A DNA stretch of 64,000 bases from Bacilli bacterium (GTDB taxonomy: Bacteria; Bacillota_I; Bacilli_A; RFN20; CAG-826), in the NCBI GenBank assembly GCA_045628045.1, contig JAZQOV010000003.1, positions 1 through 64,000 of the forward strand, given 5' to 3'. A model generated the notes under the pieces. The model ran no database searches and was not told where the DNA came from. It saw nothing but the letters and a program-made list of their open reading frames with translations. Positions 9,234 through 19,284 of this stretch are shown one piece after another. Numbering within the stretch: position 1 is the stretch's first letter; each line of letters begins with the position of its first letter. The position numbers and the translations under genes are program-made.

Positions 9234-10381
9234 TGGAACAAATTTCAAAAGTAAGAAAATGCTACAAATGTGGCGCAACACTTCAAAGTGAAGATCCTTC
9301 TAAAGAAGGTTACGTTCTTCCTGAAATTTTAGAAAACCCTACACAGAATTTTATATTCTGTCAGAAATGTTTTGAAGAAGAAAGATTCCGTTCTTTATCA
9401 AATGAACCTTATATTGATGAAGAATTCATTAAAATATTGCAAGAAGCAAAAGCAAATAATTGCCTTTTAGTTTACGTAGTAAATCTTTTCTCTTTCGAAA
9501 CTTCATTCTCCAAAGAAGTAATTGATATTATCAAAGATATGAAAATCTTAGTCGTTGGTACTAAGTTTGACCTTCTTCCAGAAAATGCAACTAAAGAACA
9601 CATACAAGACTATGTCGTGCAAAGATTCAGAGTTGCAGGTCTAAAAATCGCTGCAGAAGATGTATTTATTGTATCTTCTAAAGAAGACGATGATGATGCT
9701 GTTCAAGAAACATTAACAAAAATATTTGAACTTAAAAATGCTAAAGACGTTTACGTCATTGGCTCACAAGATGCAGGTAAAACTTCTCTTATTAACTCAT
9801 TCTTAAAAATTTATAAAAATTTATCAAATGGCAATATAGTTACTTGTAACTATAAAGATACTCATCTTAAAGTAATGCAAATTCCTTTAACCAATAAATC
9901 AGCAATGTATGAAACTCCAGGTATTTCCATTACAAACTCAATATTATTCGGGTTAGATGCCAAAACATTACGCGCCATCTACTTAACAAAACCCGTAAAA
10001 CCACACGAAATAACCCTTTCTGAGGGCCATTCACTCTTTATTGGGGGATTAGCTATAGTTGAACTAGTTAAGGGCGATAAAATGGATTTATTATGTTATT
10101 TCCACGATAAAGTCGAACTTAACAAGAATCACGTTAGAGATGTTGAGAGCAAATTTATTAGATTAAATAAATCTGGTGAACTTATTCCTTCATTATCAAA
10201 AATCAAAACAACTCAAGACATGGAAGTTTTCGAAATTTCCTTCAAAACTGATAAGAGCTCTTATAGAGACATCGGTTTCTCAGGTCTTGGTTGGATAAAT
10301 GCAAAGACAAAGAATCAGACTATTAGAGTTTACGTTCCTAAAGGCGTATCAATCTATACATCTAGACCAAAAGTAAAATAA
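9233..10381 (+). CDS. yqeH: YqeH-like circularly permuted GTPase (degenerate G motifs)
   Basis: N-terminal CxxC..CxxC Zn finger, TKFD (G4), GSQDAGKT (G1), ETPG (G3), C-terminal GLGWI..VPKGV. Start at the TAATG overlap with yqeG. Confidence 0.85.
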   Translation: MEQISKVRKCYKCGATLQSEDPSKEGYVLPEILENPTQNFIFCQKCFEEERFRSLSNEPYIDEEFIKILQEAKANNCLLVYVVNLFSFETSFSKEVIDIIKDMKILVVGTKFDLLPENATKEHIQDYVVQRFRVAGLKIAAEDVFIVSSKEDDDDAVQETLTKIFELKNAKDVYVIGSQDAGKTSLINSFLKIYKNLSNGNIVTCNYKDTHLKVMQIPLTNKSAMYETPGISITNSILFGLDAKTLRAIYLTKPVKPHEITLSEGHSLFIGGLAIVELVKGDKMDLLCYFHDKVELNKNHVRDVESKFIRLNKSGELIPSLSKIKTTQDMEVFEISFKTDKSSYRDIGFSGLGWINAKTKNQTIRVYVPKGVSIYTSRPKVK

Positions 10382-10382
10382 A

Positions 10383-11480
10383 ATGGCAAACATTGTTGTT
10401 TTTGGTGGAACATTTGACCCGATTCATAACGGTCATTTAAGAATTAGCGAAGCTGCAAGCAAAAAATTTAATGCTTCTGTAATTTTTGTTCCAGCAAAAT
10501 CACCAAGATGGAAAACTCCAGAAGAGACATCTAATCAAAGATTAGAAATGTTATCTTTAGCCTTAAAAGACGTTTCGTTTAAATATGAAATATGCGACTA
10601 CGAACTTAATTCTAAAGATGAAATAAACTATTCAATTGATACAGTAAAATACTTAAAAAAGATTCATCCTAATGATAATTTGTACTTTTTGATTGGTTTT
10701 GATCAAGTAAATAAATTTAATGATTGGAAAAGCGCTGATGAATTATCAAAAATCGCCAAAATTGTCTATGTAAATAGGCCAGGCTTTATTTTAAATAAAG
10801 AAATTGTTAAAAAATTTGAAATGGTGGACCTTGAATTTTCTGAAAGTGGCGATGTTTCATCTAGTGACATTCGCGAAATGAAATCTATAGATTTACCATT
10901 AAGTGTCATTAAATACATAGAAAAGAACAAACTCTATTTTCTTAAGAAAATAGCTGAAATAGTTCCGGAGAAAAGATTAAATCATTCCATTGAAGTTGCA
11001 AATTTGAGCTTAAAAGTGGCGGAAGTTAATAAATTAGAGCCTCTACATAAGTATTATTTCGCAGCTTTATTGCATGATTTAGGCAAATGTTACGCAAAAG
11101 ACGATGAAAATACTTTAAGTATTATGAAAAAGTACTATAAAGACTTTTTAGATTTACCTTCATTCTCATATCATCAGTTTGTTGGAGAATATTTAGCAAA
11201 AAACAAGTTTGGAGTCGAAGATCCAGAGATTTTAGATGCAATTAAGTATCATTGCACAGGAAAAGCTAATATGTCTAAGCTAGGAATGGTCGTTTATGCA
11301 TGTGACAAAATTGAGCCAACAAGAGATTTTGACTCAACTTGGTTAATTAATGCCTGTTTAAAAGATTGGAAAGAAGGTTTTTTGACAACACTTGAGGATA
11401 ACAGAAAATATTTAACCTCTCACAAGAAAGATATAACAAACAAATTAACAGATGAATGCTTCAATATGTACTTGAAGTAA
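10383..11480 (+). CDS. nadD: NadD nicotinate-nucleotide adenylyltransferase fused to a YqeK HD-domain Ap4A hydrolase
   Basis: FGGTFDPIHNGH and SSSDIR, then RLNHS..LLHD..H..YHCTG..DKIEPTR. Confidence 0.92.
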   Translation: MANIVVFGGTFDPIHNGHLRISEAASKKFNASVIFVPAKSPRWKTPEETSNQRLEMLSLALKDVSFKYEICDYELNSKDEINYSIDTVKYLKKIHPNDNLYFLIGFDQVNKFNDWKSADELSKIAKIVYVNRPGFILNKEIVKKFEMVDLEFSESGDVSSSDIREMKSIDLPLSVIKYIEKNKLYFLKKIAEIVPEKRLNHSIEVANLSLKVAEVNKLEPLHKYYFAALLHDLGKCYAKDDENTLSIMKKYYKDFLDLPSFSYHQFVGEYLAKNKFGVEDPEILDAIKYHCTGKANMSKLGMVVYACDKIEPTRDFDSTWLINACLKDWKEGFLTTLEDNRKYLTSHKKDITNKLTDECFNMYLK

Positions 11481-11508
11481 TTTTTACATTTTTTTATTTT
11501 ATTATTCA

Positions 11509-11536
11509 ACTTCGCATAATGTCTATTATGTTAACT
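11509..11536. other. dif: dif site (XerC/XerD chromosome dimer resolution site)
   Basis: ACTTCGCATAA-TGTCTA-TTATGTTAACT. 11-6-11 layout, close to E. coli (GGTGCGCATAA TGTATA TTATGTTAAAT) and B. subtilis dif. Gene orientation switches here and xerD is 3.7 kb away. Confidence 0.93.
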
Positions 11537-11635
11537 AAATATATAAAAAATACGATTAAATCTAATCTTTTGATAAATTAAAAACACCTAATTCATCTTT
11601 CAAACTAAGATTTATCTCAAATTTATTTTATATTA

Positions 11636-11656
11636 AAACTACTAAATATCTACTAA
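11636..11656 (+). repeat. 21-bp motif, copy 2
   Basis: AAACTACTAAATATCTACTAA, 100 bp from dif; overlaps the permease stop codon. Confidence 0.8.
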
Positions 11657-12444
11657 TTACTTACGCTAAATCCACTTCTATGTTTCTTAACTGGACGACT
11701 GTGTTTTCGTAATAAAGAAGCCAAAAATTCTACAACCAAAACCACAATTATTGCCATCAAACTGTAAGCAAACATGTCTGTTAACTCTGTTGGATTTATT
11801 AATTGTGAATTATGGATCATAGATCCAATGCCACCATTTGTGAATCCTGTTATGATTTCAGCCATAATTTCAATCTTAAAAGCCATTCCGAAAGTTGAAA
11901 TAAGACCAAGAGTTATAAAAGGAATACCTAAAGGTATTTTAATCAGAAATAATTGTTTAAATTTACTTGCACCATCAACTTTAGACGCCGCTATTACTTC
12001 TTGATCAGCGTTTCTAAGTGCGCTTACAATCGATTCATAAAGAATTGGCATTGTCACTGTAAAAACAACAAGTACCGGAGCATTTTTTGCATTCACGAGA
12101 ATTATAAAGACAAAAACAAAAGTTGCTGTTGGAGCGGATTTTAAAAACGTTATAAGAGGCTTGAAAAAGTTATAAAGTTTATCATTATTATGAACCAACA
12201 TTCCTAAAAGGAATGCGATTATAAAAGATAGACCAAAACCAATTAGCAAACGTAAAAAAGAGAACCCTAAATACTTATAGGTAACTTTTTCACCTAATAA
12301 TTCAATCATTCTTTTAGTCGTAACAAATGGATTAGGAAAAACCATTGAATTTCGATCCAAAAATAAAGAAATCAAAAACCATATTCCAACAAGGAATATA
12401 ATTCCAAATAAATAAAACATTTTTTTATTAAGCAATCTCTTCAA
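11653..12444 (-). CDS. NitT/TauT-family ABC transporter permease
   Basis: Multiple TM segments, FPNP, EAA-like motif AASKVDGASK, AE..GGIG. Confidence 0.88.
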   Translation of the reverse strand: MKRLLNKKMFYLFGIIFLVGIWFLISLFLDRNSMVFPNPFVTTKRMIELLGEKVTYKYLGFSFLRLLIGFGLSFIIAFLLGMLVHNNDKLYNFFKPLITFLKSAPTATFVFVFIILVNAKNAPVLVVFTVTMPILYESIVSALRNADQEVIAASKVDGASKFKQLFLIKIPLGIPFITLGLISTFGMAFKIEIMAEIITGFTNGGIGSMIHNSQLINPTELTDMFAYSLMAIIVVLVVEFLASLLRKHSRPVKKHRSGFSVSN

Positions 12445-13375
12445 TTTTTATTTCCTCTAAACCAAATATCGATAAAAATACATTAAGTCCTTCTCTTTCA
12501 CTACCTGAAGAAAAAGTCTCACATTTAATATTCATTCTGTTATTGTTTTGAAACATTTGCTTTGCAATTTCAGGTGTTACACCGAAAGTTACTTCAGGAT
12601 TCAAGCTATTATTCATAAGCGAAACAACATAGTCAGGATTATCATTCATCATAAATATTGATTGTCTTAGATTTCCCAAAATCTTTTCCATTACTGTATT
12701 TTGATCTAGCCCATTTTTCACGAATACTGAAGCTTGAAATATACTTTTACCATCACTTTTTACCTTGTAAAGTTCTTGCAAATCTGCGTATTCATAAGCG
12801 TTTGGAGTTGTAGATAAAACGGTAGATAAAGCAGGTTCTGCTAAAACAACGTAATCCACAGCCTTTCCCTCGTCAGCAAGGTTTTTACCCATCTTTAGAC
12901 ATTTCGCGGTTTCTTGAGCGCTTGAAACGTAATGTAAAGCATTGTTTAACGTGTTCCCATAGACGAAATGAAATAATTTATCTGGAACCGCTCCTTGTTG
13001 AAACGAAACAATATAGTCATTTTCATCCATTACACCATCTTCATCATGTCCAGTAGATGCAATATAGATATTTCCACTTGTGATTGAAGCTAAGAGTTTA
13101 TATGGTAGATTACCTTTTCTTATTGTCTGAATTCCAACATTTGTTGGAAGAACGACTAATTCTGGTTTTCCAGTTGTCATCATAGCAACAATGTTTGAAG
13201 GATCTGAATTTGTCTGAAAATTCTCATATCCACTAAAATACGACATCGCTATTGCAGGAGCTCCAGTAGGAGAAATGATTGTCCAATTTTGGTAATCTAT
13301 ATATTCGCCAAGTTTTTTAGGGGAGCATCCTGCCAATATAATTGGCAACATTACAAATTTAACTATTTTTTTCAT
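12428..13375 (-). CDS. NitT/TauT-type ABC substrate-binding lipoprotein
   Basis: Lipobox LAGC; PTGAPA, VLPTN, GAVPD and LAEP motifs. Confidence 0.8.
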   Translation of the reverse strand: MKKIVKFVMLPIILAGCSPKKLGEYIDYQNWTIISPTGAPAIAMSYFSGYENFQTNSDPSNIVAMMTTGKPELVVLPTNVGIQTIRKGNLPYKLLASITSGNIYIASTGHDEDGVMDENDYIVSFQQGAVPDKLFHFVYGNTLNNALHYVSSAQETAKCLKMGKNLADEGKAVDYVVLAEPALSTVLSTTPNAYEYADLQELYKVKSDGKSIFQASVFVKNGLDQNTVMEKILGNLRQSIFMMNDNPDYVVSLMNNSLNPEVTFGVTPEIAKQMFQNNNRMNIKCETFSSGSEREGLNVFLSIFGLEEIKIEEIA

Positions 13376-13415
13376 ATTTACTGGTTTTACTTTAATAAAA
13401 GTACAATAATAAATA

Positions 13416-13431
13416 TGTGATTTAAATCACG
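13416..13431. promoter_or_regulatory. CRP-type operator TGTGA-N6-TCACG
   Basis: TGTGATTTAAATCACG between the divergent ABC operon and the Crp/Fnr gene. Confidence 0.75.
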
Positions 13432-13438
13432 AATTTAT

Positions 13439-14029
13439 ATGGAAAATAATATTTTACAAAATTTAACAAAAACCGAAAAAGAATTTGTCGTTGTAAAAAC
13501 TGTAGCAAAAAATACAACTCTCTATAGAGAAGGCGAAAAATGTGAATCGATAGCTATAGTCATCTCAGGCGAAATAAAAATCTCATCATTTTCTTTTGAG
13601 GGTGAAGAATTAATTTATAACATTCTTAAAAAGAATGACATCTTTGGAAACAATTTAGTTTTTTCAGATTCACCTTTTTATAAAGGCGATGTTATTGTTA
13701 CAAAAGAAAGCATTATTGCAACCATAAACCGTGATAATTTGCTAAAAATATTACAAAGTAATAAATCATTTTTATTAACATATTTAAACGTGCATTCAAA
13801 CTTTAGTAAAAAGTTAAACTCCACTATTCAACTTTTATCTTTTTCATCTGCAGAAGAAAGATTAACTTTCTTTTTGCACGAAAATGGCAATATTATCGAA
13901 TATAAATCTATCGCAAATCTTGCGACTATTTTACATCTACAAAGAGAGACATTATCAAGACTTCTAACAAAGTTAGAAAAAGAGAACGTGATAAAACGTT
14001 CTCTTCATAAAATTGTTTTACTTAGTTAG
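13439..14029 (+). CDS. Crp/Fnr family transcriptional regulator
   Basis: cNMP-binding-like N-domain; HTH with the RETLSR recognition helix. Confidence 0.92.
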   Translation: MENNILQNLTKTEKEFVVVKTVAKNTTLYREGEKCESIAIVISGEIKISSFSFEGEELIYNILKKNDIFGNNLVFSDSPFYKGDVIVTKESIIATINRDNLLKILQSNKSFLLTYLNVHSNFSKKLNSTIQLLSFSSAEERLTFFLHENGNIIEYKSIANLATILHLQRETLSRLLTKLEKENVIKRSLHKIVLLS

Positions 14030-15222
14030 TCTTTTAATAATTCAGAAATAGCTGTTCCAATCATCTTTGGAGTTTTCTTTAGACCGAAGTTTTCAAGTAC
14101 TGTTGCACCAATGTCTGCAAAGCACTCTCTTTCTACTAAATATCTACCATTTTTAAATGATTTGCTATAAGCAAGGAATGGAACCTTTTCTCTTGTATGA
14201 TCTGTGCCAACATGTGTCGGATCGTTACCGTGATCTGCTGTAACAATTAACAAATCATCGTCATGAAGAACTTCAATCAATTCGCGTAAGCGAACATCAA
14301 ATTCCTCAAGTGCTTTTCCATAACCCAATGCATTACGTCTATGACCGTATTCAGAATCGAATTCAACTAAGTTGACAAAGCATAAACCTTTGAAATTATG
14401 GTTCTTTGCTTCATCAATTGTTTTATCCATTCCATCCATGTTAGAGACTGTCTTTTGTGTTTTTACAACACCAACTTGGTTAAAGATATCTCCAATTTTT
14501 CCAACACAAGAAACCATAAGGTTATTCTCTTTGAGAATATCCATGACAGTTGTACCGCTTGGTGAAACAGCTAAATCATGTCTATTTGGTGTTCTCTTGA
14601 AACTATCTTTGTCTTTTCCGACGTATGGACGAGCAATAACTCTACCAACGTAATATTCAGGACGTAAACAAATTTCACGAGCAATTTCACAGCATCTGTA
14701 CAATTCTTGCACACCTGTAACTTCTTCGTGTGCAGCAATTTGAAGAACTGAGTCTGCTGAAGTATAAACAATAAGAGAATTATCTCTCATTTGTTCTTCG
14801 CCTAATTCTTTCAGAATTTCAGTTCCGCTTGCAGCGTAATTTCCAATTAATTTATGACCTGTTTTTTCAGCAAGTTCGTCCATAAGTTCCTTTGGAAAAC
14901 CTGTATCTGTGAAAGTTACAAATGGTTTTGTTGTATAAATTCCCATCATTTCCCAGTGGCCAGTCATTGTGTCCTTGCCGTTTGAGGCTTCGCGAAGTCT
15001 TGCGCAATAAGAATGTGGGTGAGAAACTTTTGAAGTTCCCTTGATGTCTGCAAGGTCACCAAGACCAAGTGAATTCATTACTGGAATGTTTAATCCACCG
15101 CATTTTTCTGCAGTATGAACAAATGTATTTGTTCCAACATCTCCAAATTTTGCAGCATCTGGTTCTTCACCAATACCGACTGAGTCAGCAACTATTACGA
15201 ATATTCTCTTGAATTTTTCCAT
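14026..15222 (-). CDS. deoB: Phosphopentomutase
   Basis: [22 protein letters not shown] and [14 protein letters not shown] motifs; start ATG 15222 after GGAG SD. Confidence 0.96.
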   Translation of the reverse strand: MEKFKRIFVIVADSVGIGEEPDAAKFGDVGTNTFVHTAEKCGGLNIPVMNSLGLGDLADIKGTSKVSHPHSYCARLREASNGKDTMTGHWEMMGIYTTKPFVTFTDTGFPKELMDELAEKTGHKLIGNYAASGTEILKELGEEQMRDNSLIVYTSADSVLQIAAHEEVTGVQELYRCCEIAREICLRPEYYVGRVIARPYVGKDKDSFKRTPNRHDLAVSPSGTTVMDILKENNLMVSCVGKIGDIFNQVGVVKTQKTVSNMDGMDKTIDEAKNHNFKGLCFVNLVEFDSEYGHRRNALGYGKALEEFDVRLRELIEVLHDDDLLIVTADHGNDPTHVGTDHTREKVPFLAYSKSFKNGRYLVERECFADIGATVLENFGLKKTPKMIGTAISELLKD

Positions 15223-15253
15223 GGTTTTCTCCAATTCCGGGGGTTATTTTACA

Positions 15254-16132
15254 TTATTTTCGCTTACTATACAAATCATATGCGCTTAAAATGCGCTTGC
15301 TCGATATATTTGTGTAAATTTGTGTAGTCGCAATATTTGTGTGTCCGAGCATTTCTTGCACTGCCCTAAGCTCAGCTCCTTGCTCTAACATATGTGTTGC
15401 AAAGCAATGCCTGAGCGTATGGGGCGAAATATCAACCATAATGTGAGCTTGGACTGCATATTTTTTTACCTGTTTGAAGAAATAAACTCTTGATAAAGGT
15501 TCTCCATAACGGTTAAGAAAAATGAATTCAGAACCTTTATTTTTGTTCTTCAATCTTCCATCATTTAAATAAGTATTTAAATAATCTATAGCATATTCAC
15601 CAATAGGAACAAGTCGTTGTTTATTTCCTTTTCCAACAATTTTGATCGTTCCGTGTTCAAAATCAATTTGTTTTAATGTCAAACTTAATAACTCACTAAT
15701 TCTTAATCCAGAAGAGTACATAATCTCAAGCATGGCTCTATCTCTTTGGCCATCAGGCTTACTAATATCAGGAGCATTAAGCAAAGCTTCCACTTCTTCT
15801 ATTGAGATACAAACAGGTAATTTTTTACTTCCTTTCGGTTTATCAAATGTTTCGCAATCAAAGGAAATATAATGTTCTTTCTCAAGGAATAAAAAGAAAT
15901 TCTTAACAGATGAAATTCTTCTTAAAATTGTTGGAATTGATAACATTTTTTGTGTTTGCAAACGTACAAACTCTTGAATATCAGTTTTTTCTAAATCTTC
16001 AACTTTATTTTTCATAAGAAAAATTGAAAATTGTTTAATATCGTATTCATAGTTCAAAATAGTTTCTCTTGAAACACCTTTTTCAACAAGGAGATACTGA
16101 AAATAAAGTTTACTCGCTTCTTCTAAACTCAT
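15254..16132 (-). CDS. xerD: Tyrosine recombinase XerD (RipX)
   Basis: GLRISE, GKGNKQR, HTLRHCFATH, LGH..TTQIY catalytic set; ripX-drm synteny. Confidence 0.9.
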   Translation of the reverse strand: MSLEEASKLYFQYLLVEKGVSRETILNYEYDIKQFSIFLMKNKVEDLEKTDIQEFVRLQTQKMLSIPTILRRISSVKNFFLFLEKEHYISFDCETFDKPKGSKKLPVCISIEEVEALLNAPDISKPDGQRDRAMLEIMYSSGLRISELLSLTLKQIDFEHGTIKIVGKGNKQRLVPIGEYAIDYLNTYLNDGRLKNKNKGSEFIFLNRYGEPLSRVYFFKQVKKYAVQAHIMVDISPHTLRHCFATHMLEQGAELRAVQEMLGHTNIATTQIYTNISSKRILSAYDLYSKRK

Positions 16133-17319
16133 CTTTTGTTCTCCCTTAAGTGATCACCAGCTGTTTTAAAAACTGATTTATGCATTTGTCTATTAAGCTC
16201 TCCTATAAGGAGTCTTGTTGAATTTTCTTCTTTTATTTGCTCATAATCATCAAAAATCGACATCTGTTTTAATGTTGATTTAGGATTCTTGAGCTGTTGT
16301 AAAGTAACACCAATTAATCTTGTTGGGCGGCCATCATAATTCTCTCTAAGTAAACTTAAAGCGCATTTGTAGATAACATCAAATTCATTAGTCGCTTCTT
16401 CCAAAACTTTTGATCTATTAATAACTTTAAATTCATTGTCCTTCAGGACAATTTGTACAGATTTACCAACTTTGTTTCTTCTTTTAGCGCCTTCTGAAAC
16501 TCTTTTTGAAAGTTGTTCCAAAGGTTTTTCTAGTTCCTCTAAAGAGATTGCATCACTAAATAATGTTGTGGAATGACCGATGGACTTTGGATCAAACGGT
16601 TCAGTGTTAATATTGTCATCACCATTTCCATTTACCCAGTCCTTAATTACAAAGTAAAATTTGCCTAATTGTTTCTTAGTAAGTGGGTCTTCTTTATCGA
16701 TTCTTTCGATTAAATCACCAATTGTTTTAATACCAAGTTCCTTAAGTCTCGGAGCTGTCTTTTTACCGATGCCAAAAAAATCATCAATTGGAAGTGGGCT
16801 TAATTTTTCTTTTGCATCTTTACGTCTAATAATAACTAAGCCATTAGGCTTTTTCATATCAGAACCCATTTTTGCTAAAAATTTTGTAGGTGCAACGCCA
16901 ATTGAACATTTTAAACCAGTTTCCTTGAAAAGTTTTCTTTGTAAATCCCTAAGAAATGTAACTGGATCTTTTTCGTTTTTTAATAATTCAGTGAAATCCG
17001 CATAGCATTCATCAACAGACGCAGGTTCCACTAATGTTGTGTAAGCTTTAATAAAATTAAAGAATTGTTTTGACTTCTCGTGGTAAAATTCAAAATCATC
17101 ATCCAATATAATTGCATCTTTACATTTAAGCAAAGCTTGATAAGTCGGCATTCCAGAACGAACACCTTTTTCGCGAGCAGCGTATGAGCAAGTTGAAACA
17201 ATACCACCCCTACCAGTTCTACCAATGATTACAGGTTTTCCCACTAATGAAGGGTCTTTTAATTCTTCGCATCTAACAAAGAAAGCATTTAAATCAATGT
17301 GAAGAATGATTTTACTCAT
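16129..17319 (-). CDS. dinB: DNA polymerase IV (Y family)
   Basis: HIDLNAFF, SYAAR, SVDE and AKMGSDMKKPNG motifs. Confidence 0.95.
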   Translation of the reverse strand: MSKIILHIDLNAFFVRCEELKDPSLVGKPVIIGRTGRGGIVSTCSYAAREKGVRSGMPTYQALLKCKDAIILDDDFEFYHEKSKQFFNFIKAYTTLVEPASVDECYADFTELLKNEKDPVTFLRDLQRKLFKETGLKCSIGVAPTKFLAKMGSDMKKPNGLVIIRRKDAKEKLSPLPIDDFFGIGKKTAPRLKELGIKTIGDLIERIDKEDPLTKKQLGKFYFVIKDWVNGNGDDNINTEPFDPKSIGHSTTLFSDAISLEELEKPLEQLSKRVSEGAKRRNKVGKSVQIVLKDNEFKVINRSKVLEEATNEFDVIYKCALSLLRENYDGRPTRLIGVTLQQLKNPKSTLKQMSIFDDYEQIKEENSTRLLIGELNRQMHKSVFKTAGDHLRENKR

Positions 17320-17325
17320 ACTTCT

Positions 17326-17354
17326 ATTATATAGAACATTGAATTACTGTTCAA
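17326..17354 (-). promoter_or_regulatory. Sigma-A promoter of dinB-xerD (TTGAAC-17-TATAAT), leaderless
   Basis: -35 at 17349-17354, -10 at 17326-17331, ATG 6 nt downstream. Confidence 0.7.
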
Positions 17355-17376
17355 TATTATGTTAACCAATGTTAAT

Positions 17377-17399
17377 AAAAGAAAAGAGGCCTAAGCCTC
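17377..17399 (-). terminator. Intrinsic terminator after dxs
   Basis: GAGGC-TTAG-GCCTC plus TTTTCTTTT. Confidence 0.75.
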
Positions 17400-17405
17400 A
17401 TTTCA

Positions 17406-19277
17406 TTACTTCTTTAAGTCTTTAATAACATCTTCGACTCTTATTTTATAACGTTCCATTTGTTGATCAATTGTGCCTTGTTTAACAAATTCGTTAGGAA
17501 CGTAATAGGCCGAAATAGAGCCATTAAATTTCTTCTCGAGTAAATATGCCATTGTCATATTAACTAGGCCTCCACGGGTCGAATAAGGGTCATAAATGAC
17601 TATTTTCTTGTAACTGAGGAGAGCATCAATTGCATTTTTGTCGATTGGATTCACATAAATAGCGTTTATAAGCGTACACTTGATATGATTTTGTTCGAGA
17701 TTCTTTTCAAGTTGTCTTAACGCTGGTCCAACTGAAATAATAGCAAGGTCTTTAGAATCATTCTTCAAGAAAATCCATTTACCAAATTCGTGTTTAACTT
17801 CGTTAAATGAAGATTGTTTTTCGACATATGATCTTGGAAGTCTAATAAAGAATGGTCCATGATTTTTGAATGATTCATCATATAAAGCTTTAGCTTCATC
17901 AATTGTAGAAGCCATTGTAACAACTGTTCCAGGAATACTTGCCAGATAAGCTTCATCATAGGTGCCTTGATGTGTTTCGCCATCTGCACCCACAAGTCCA
18001 GCGCGATCAACGAGGAATGTGGCGTTTAAATTATTGCGTGCTAAATCGTGACTGACTTCGTCATAAGCACGTTGTAGGAAGGTAGAATAAACAGAAATTA
18101 TTGGATGAATATCGCTTAAAGATAACGAACTTGCAAGCGTTGCTGCATGTTCTTCGGCTATGCCGACATCTATAACTCTACTAGAATATTTTTTATCGAG
18201 TTGGTCTAAACCAGCACCTTTAATTGTTGCTGGAGAAATTACCACCGCGTTTTTGTGTTTATCAAGTTCCATTCCTGTTATGTCCGCATAAACATGCGAC
18301 CAGGAAATAAAACCTTCATGTTTATTTTTTGGTTTTCCAGTTTTGATATCAAACGGAGAAACTCCATGCCAATAACCAGTTTCGTCTTCTTCAGCATATT
18401 TGTAGCCTTTACCTTTTAAGGTAGAAGCGTGAACAACAACTGATTTCTTTGTGTTTTTTGCTCTTCTAAGTGCTCTTTCGATGCTCTTAATATTGTGTCC
18501 ATCAATTGGTCCTATATAAGCAAAGCCAAGCGTTGTGAAAACGTTTCCATTAATAAGAATTCTCTTAATAAAGTTCTTTACGTTTGCAGTAATTCTAAGA
18601 ATTAATCGACCAATTTTACATTTGCCAAGCACTTTTTGATAACGGTGTTTGAATGTGTTGTATCTTCTAGATGTTGAGAAGTCTTCCAAAAATCTTGAAA
18701 GACCGCCAACAGGTTTTGAAATTGACATACCATTGTCATTAATGACAATTATTACTTTATGATCACTATGAGCAATGTTGTTTAAGCCTTCAATTGCAAG
18801 CCCTGAATTAAGTGCACCATCACCAATAAAAGCAACAACGTCGTAATTTTCTTTATTTAAATCACGAGCAATGGCAAAGCCATTTGCGGCTGATATTGAT
18901 GTCGAAGAATGCCCTGCTTCGTAACAATCATATTTGGATTCGCTCATTTTAAGGAACCCAGACACGCCATCTTGAAGACGTAACTTTGTTAAATCTCTAC
19001 CAGTTAGGATCTTGTGTGTATAACATTGATGTCCAACATCGAAAATAACTTTGTCTTTTGATAAATCAAAAACTCTATGTAAAGCTATTGTAAGTTCAAC
19101 AGATCCAAGGTTGCTTGAAAGATGGCCACCTAAGTTACTCGTAACTTGAATAATTTTCTCTCTTATATCAGAGGCCAATACATCAAGTTCGTTGTAATTT
19201 AAAGAGGCTAAAAACTTTGGATTCTTAATGGAATCTAAATCAATATGTTTAACTTTGTTAACCTTTTTTTCTGCCAT
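17406..19277 (-). CDS. dxs: 1-deoxy-D-xylulose-5-phosphate synthase
   Basis: GGHLSSNLG, DVGHQCY.HK, GHSSTS, GDGAL..ND, IAEEHA and DGETHQG motifs. Confidence 0.96.
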   Translation of the reverse strand: MAEKKVNKVKHIDLDSIKNPKFLASLNYNELDVLASDIREKIIQVTSNLGGHLSSNLGSVELTIALHRVFDLSKDKVIFDVGHQCYTHKILTGRDLTKLRLQDGVSGFLKMSESKYDCYEAGHSSTSISAANGFAIARDLNKENYDVVAFIGDGALNSGLAIEGLNNIAHSDHKVIIVINDNGMSISKPVGGLSRFLEDFSTSRRYNTFKHRYQKVLGKCKIGRLILRITANVKNFIKRILINGNVFTTLGFAYIGPIDGHNIKSIERALRRAKNTKKSVVVHASTLKGKGYKYAEEDETGYWHGVSPFDIKTGKPKNKHEGFISWSHVYADITGMELDKHKNAVVISPATIKGAGLDQLDKKYSSRVIDVGIAEEHAATLASSLSLSDIHPIISVYSTFLQRAYDEVSHDLARNNLNATFLVDRAGLVGADGETHQGTYDEAYLASIPGTVVTMASTIDEAKALYDESFKNHGPFFIRLPRSYVEKQSSFNEVKHEFGKWIFLKNDSKDLAIISVGPALRQLEKNLEQNHIKCTLINAIYVNPIDKNAIDALLSYKKIVIYDPYSTRGGLVNMTMAYLLEKKFNGSISAYYVPNEFVKQGTIDQQMERYKIRVEDVIKDLKK

Positions 19278-19284
19278 TGCTAAT

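Noticed and set aside
10383-11480. NadD-YqeK fusion as a novelty
   Set aside because: The two genes are normally adjacent, and the fusion is already known in Mollicutes and other Firmicutes.
15254-16132. Tyrosine recombinase as a possible prophage/ICE integrase
   Set aside because: Size, motifs and xerD-deoB synteny match housekeeping XerD; no cargo or att duplication.
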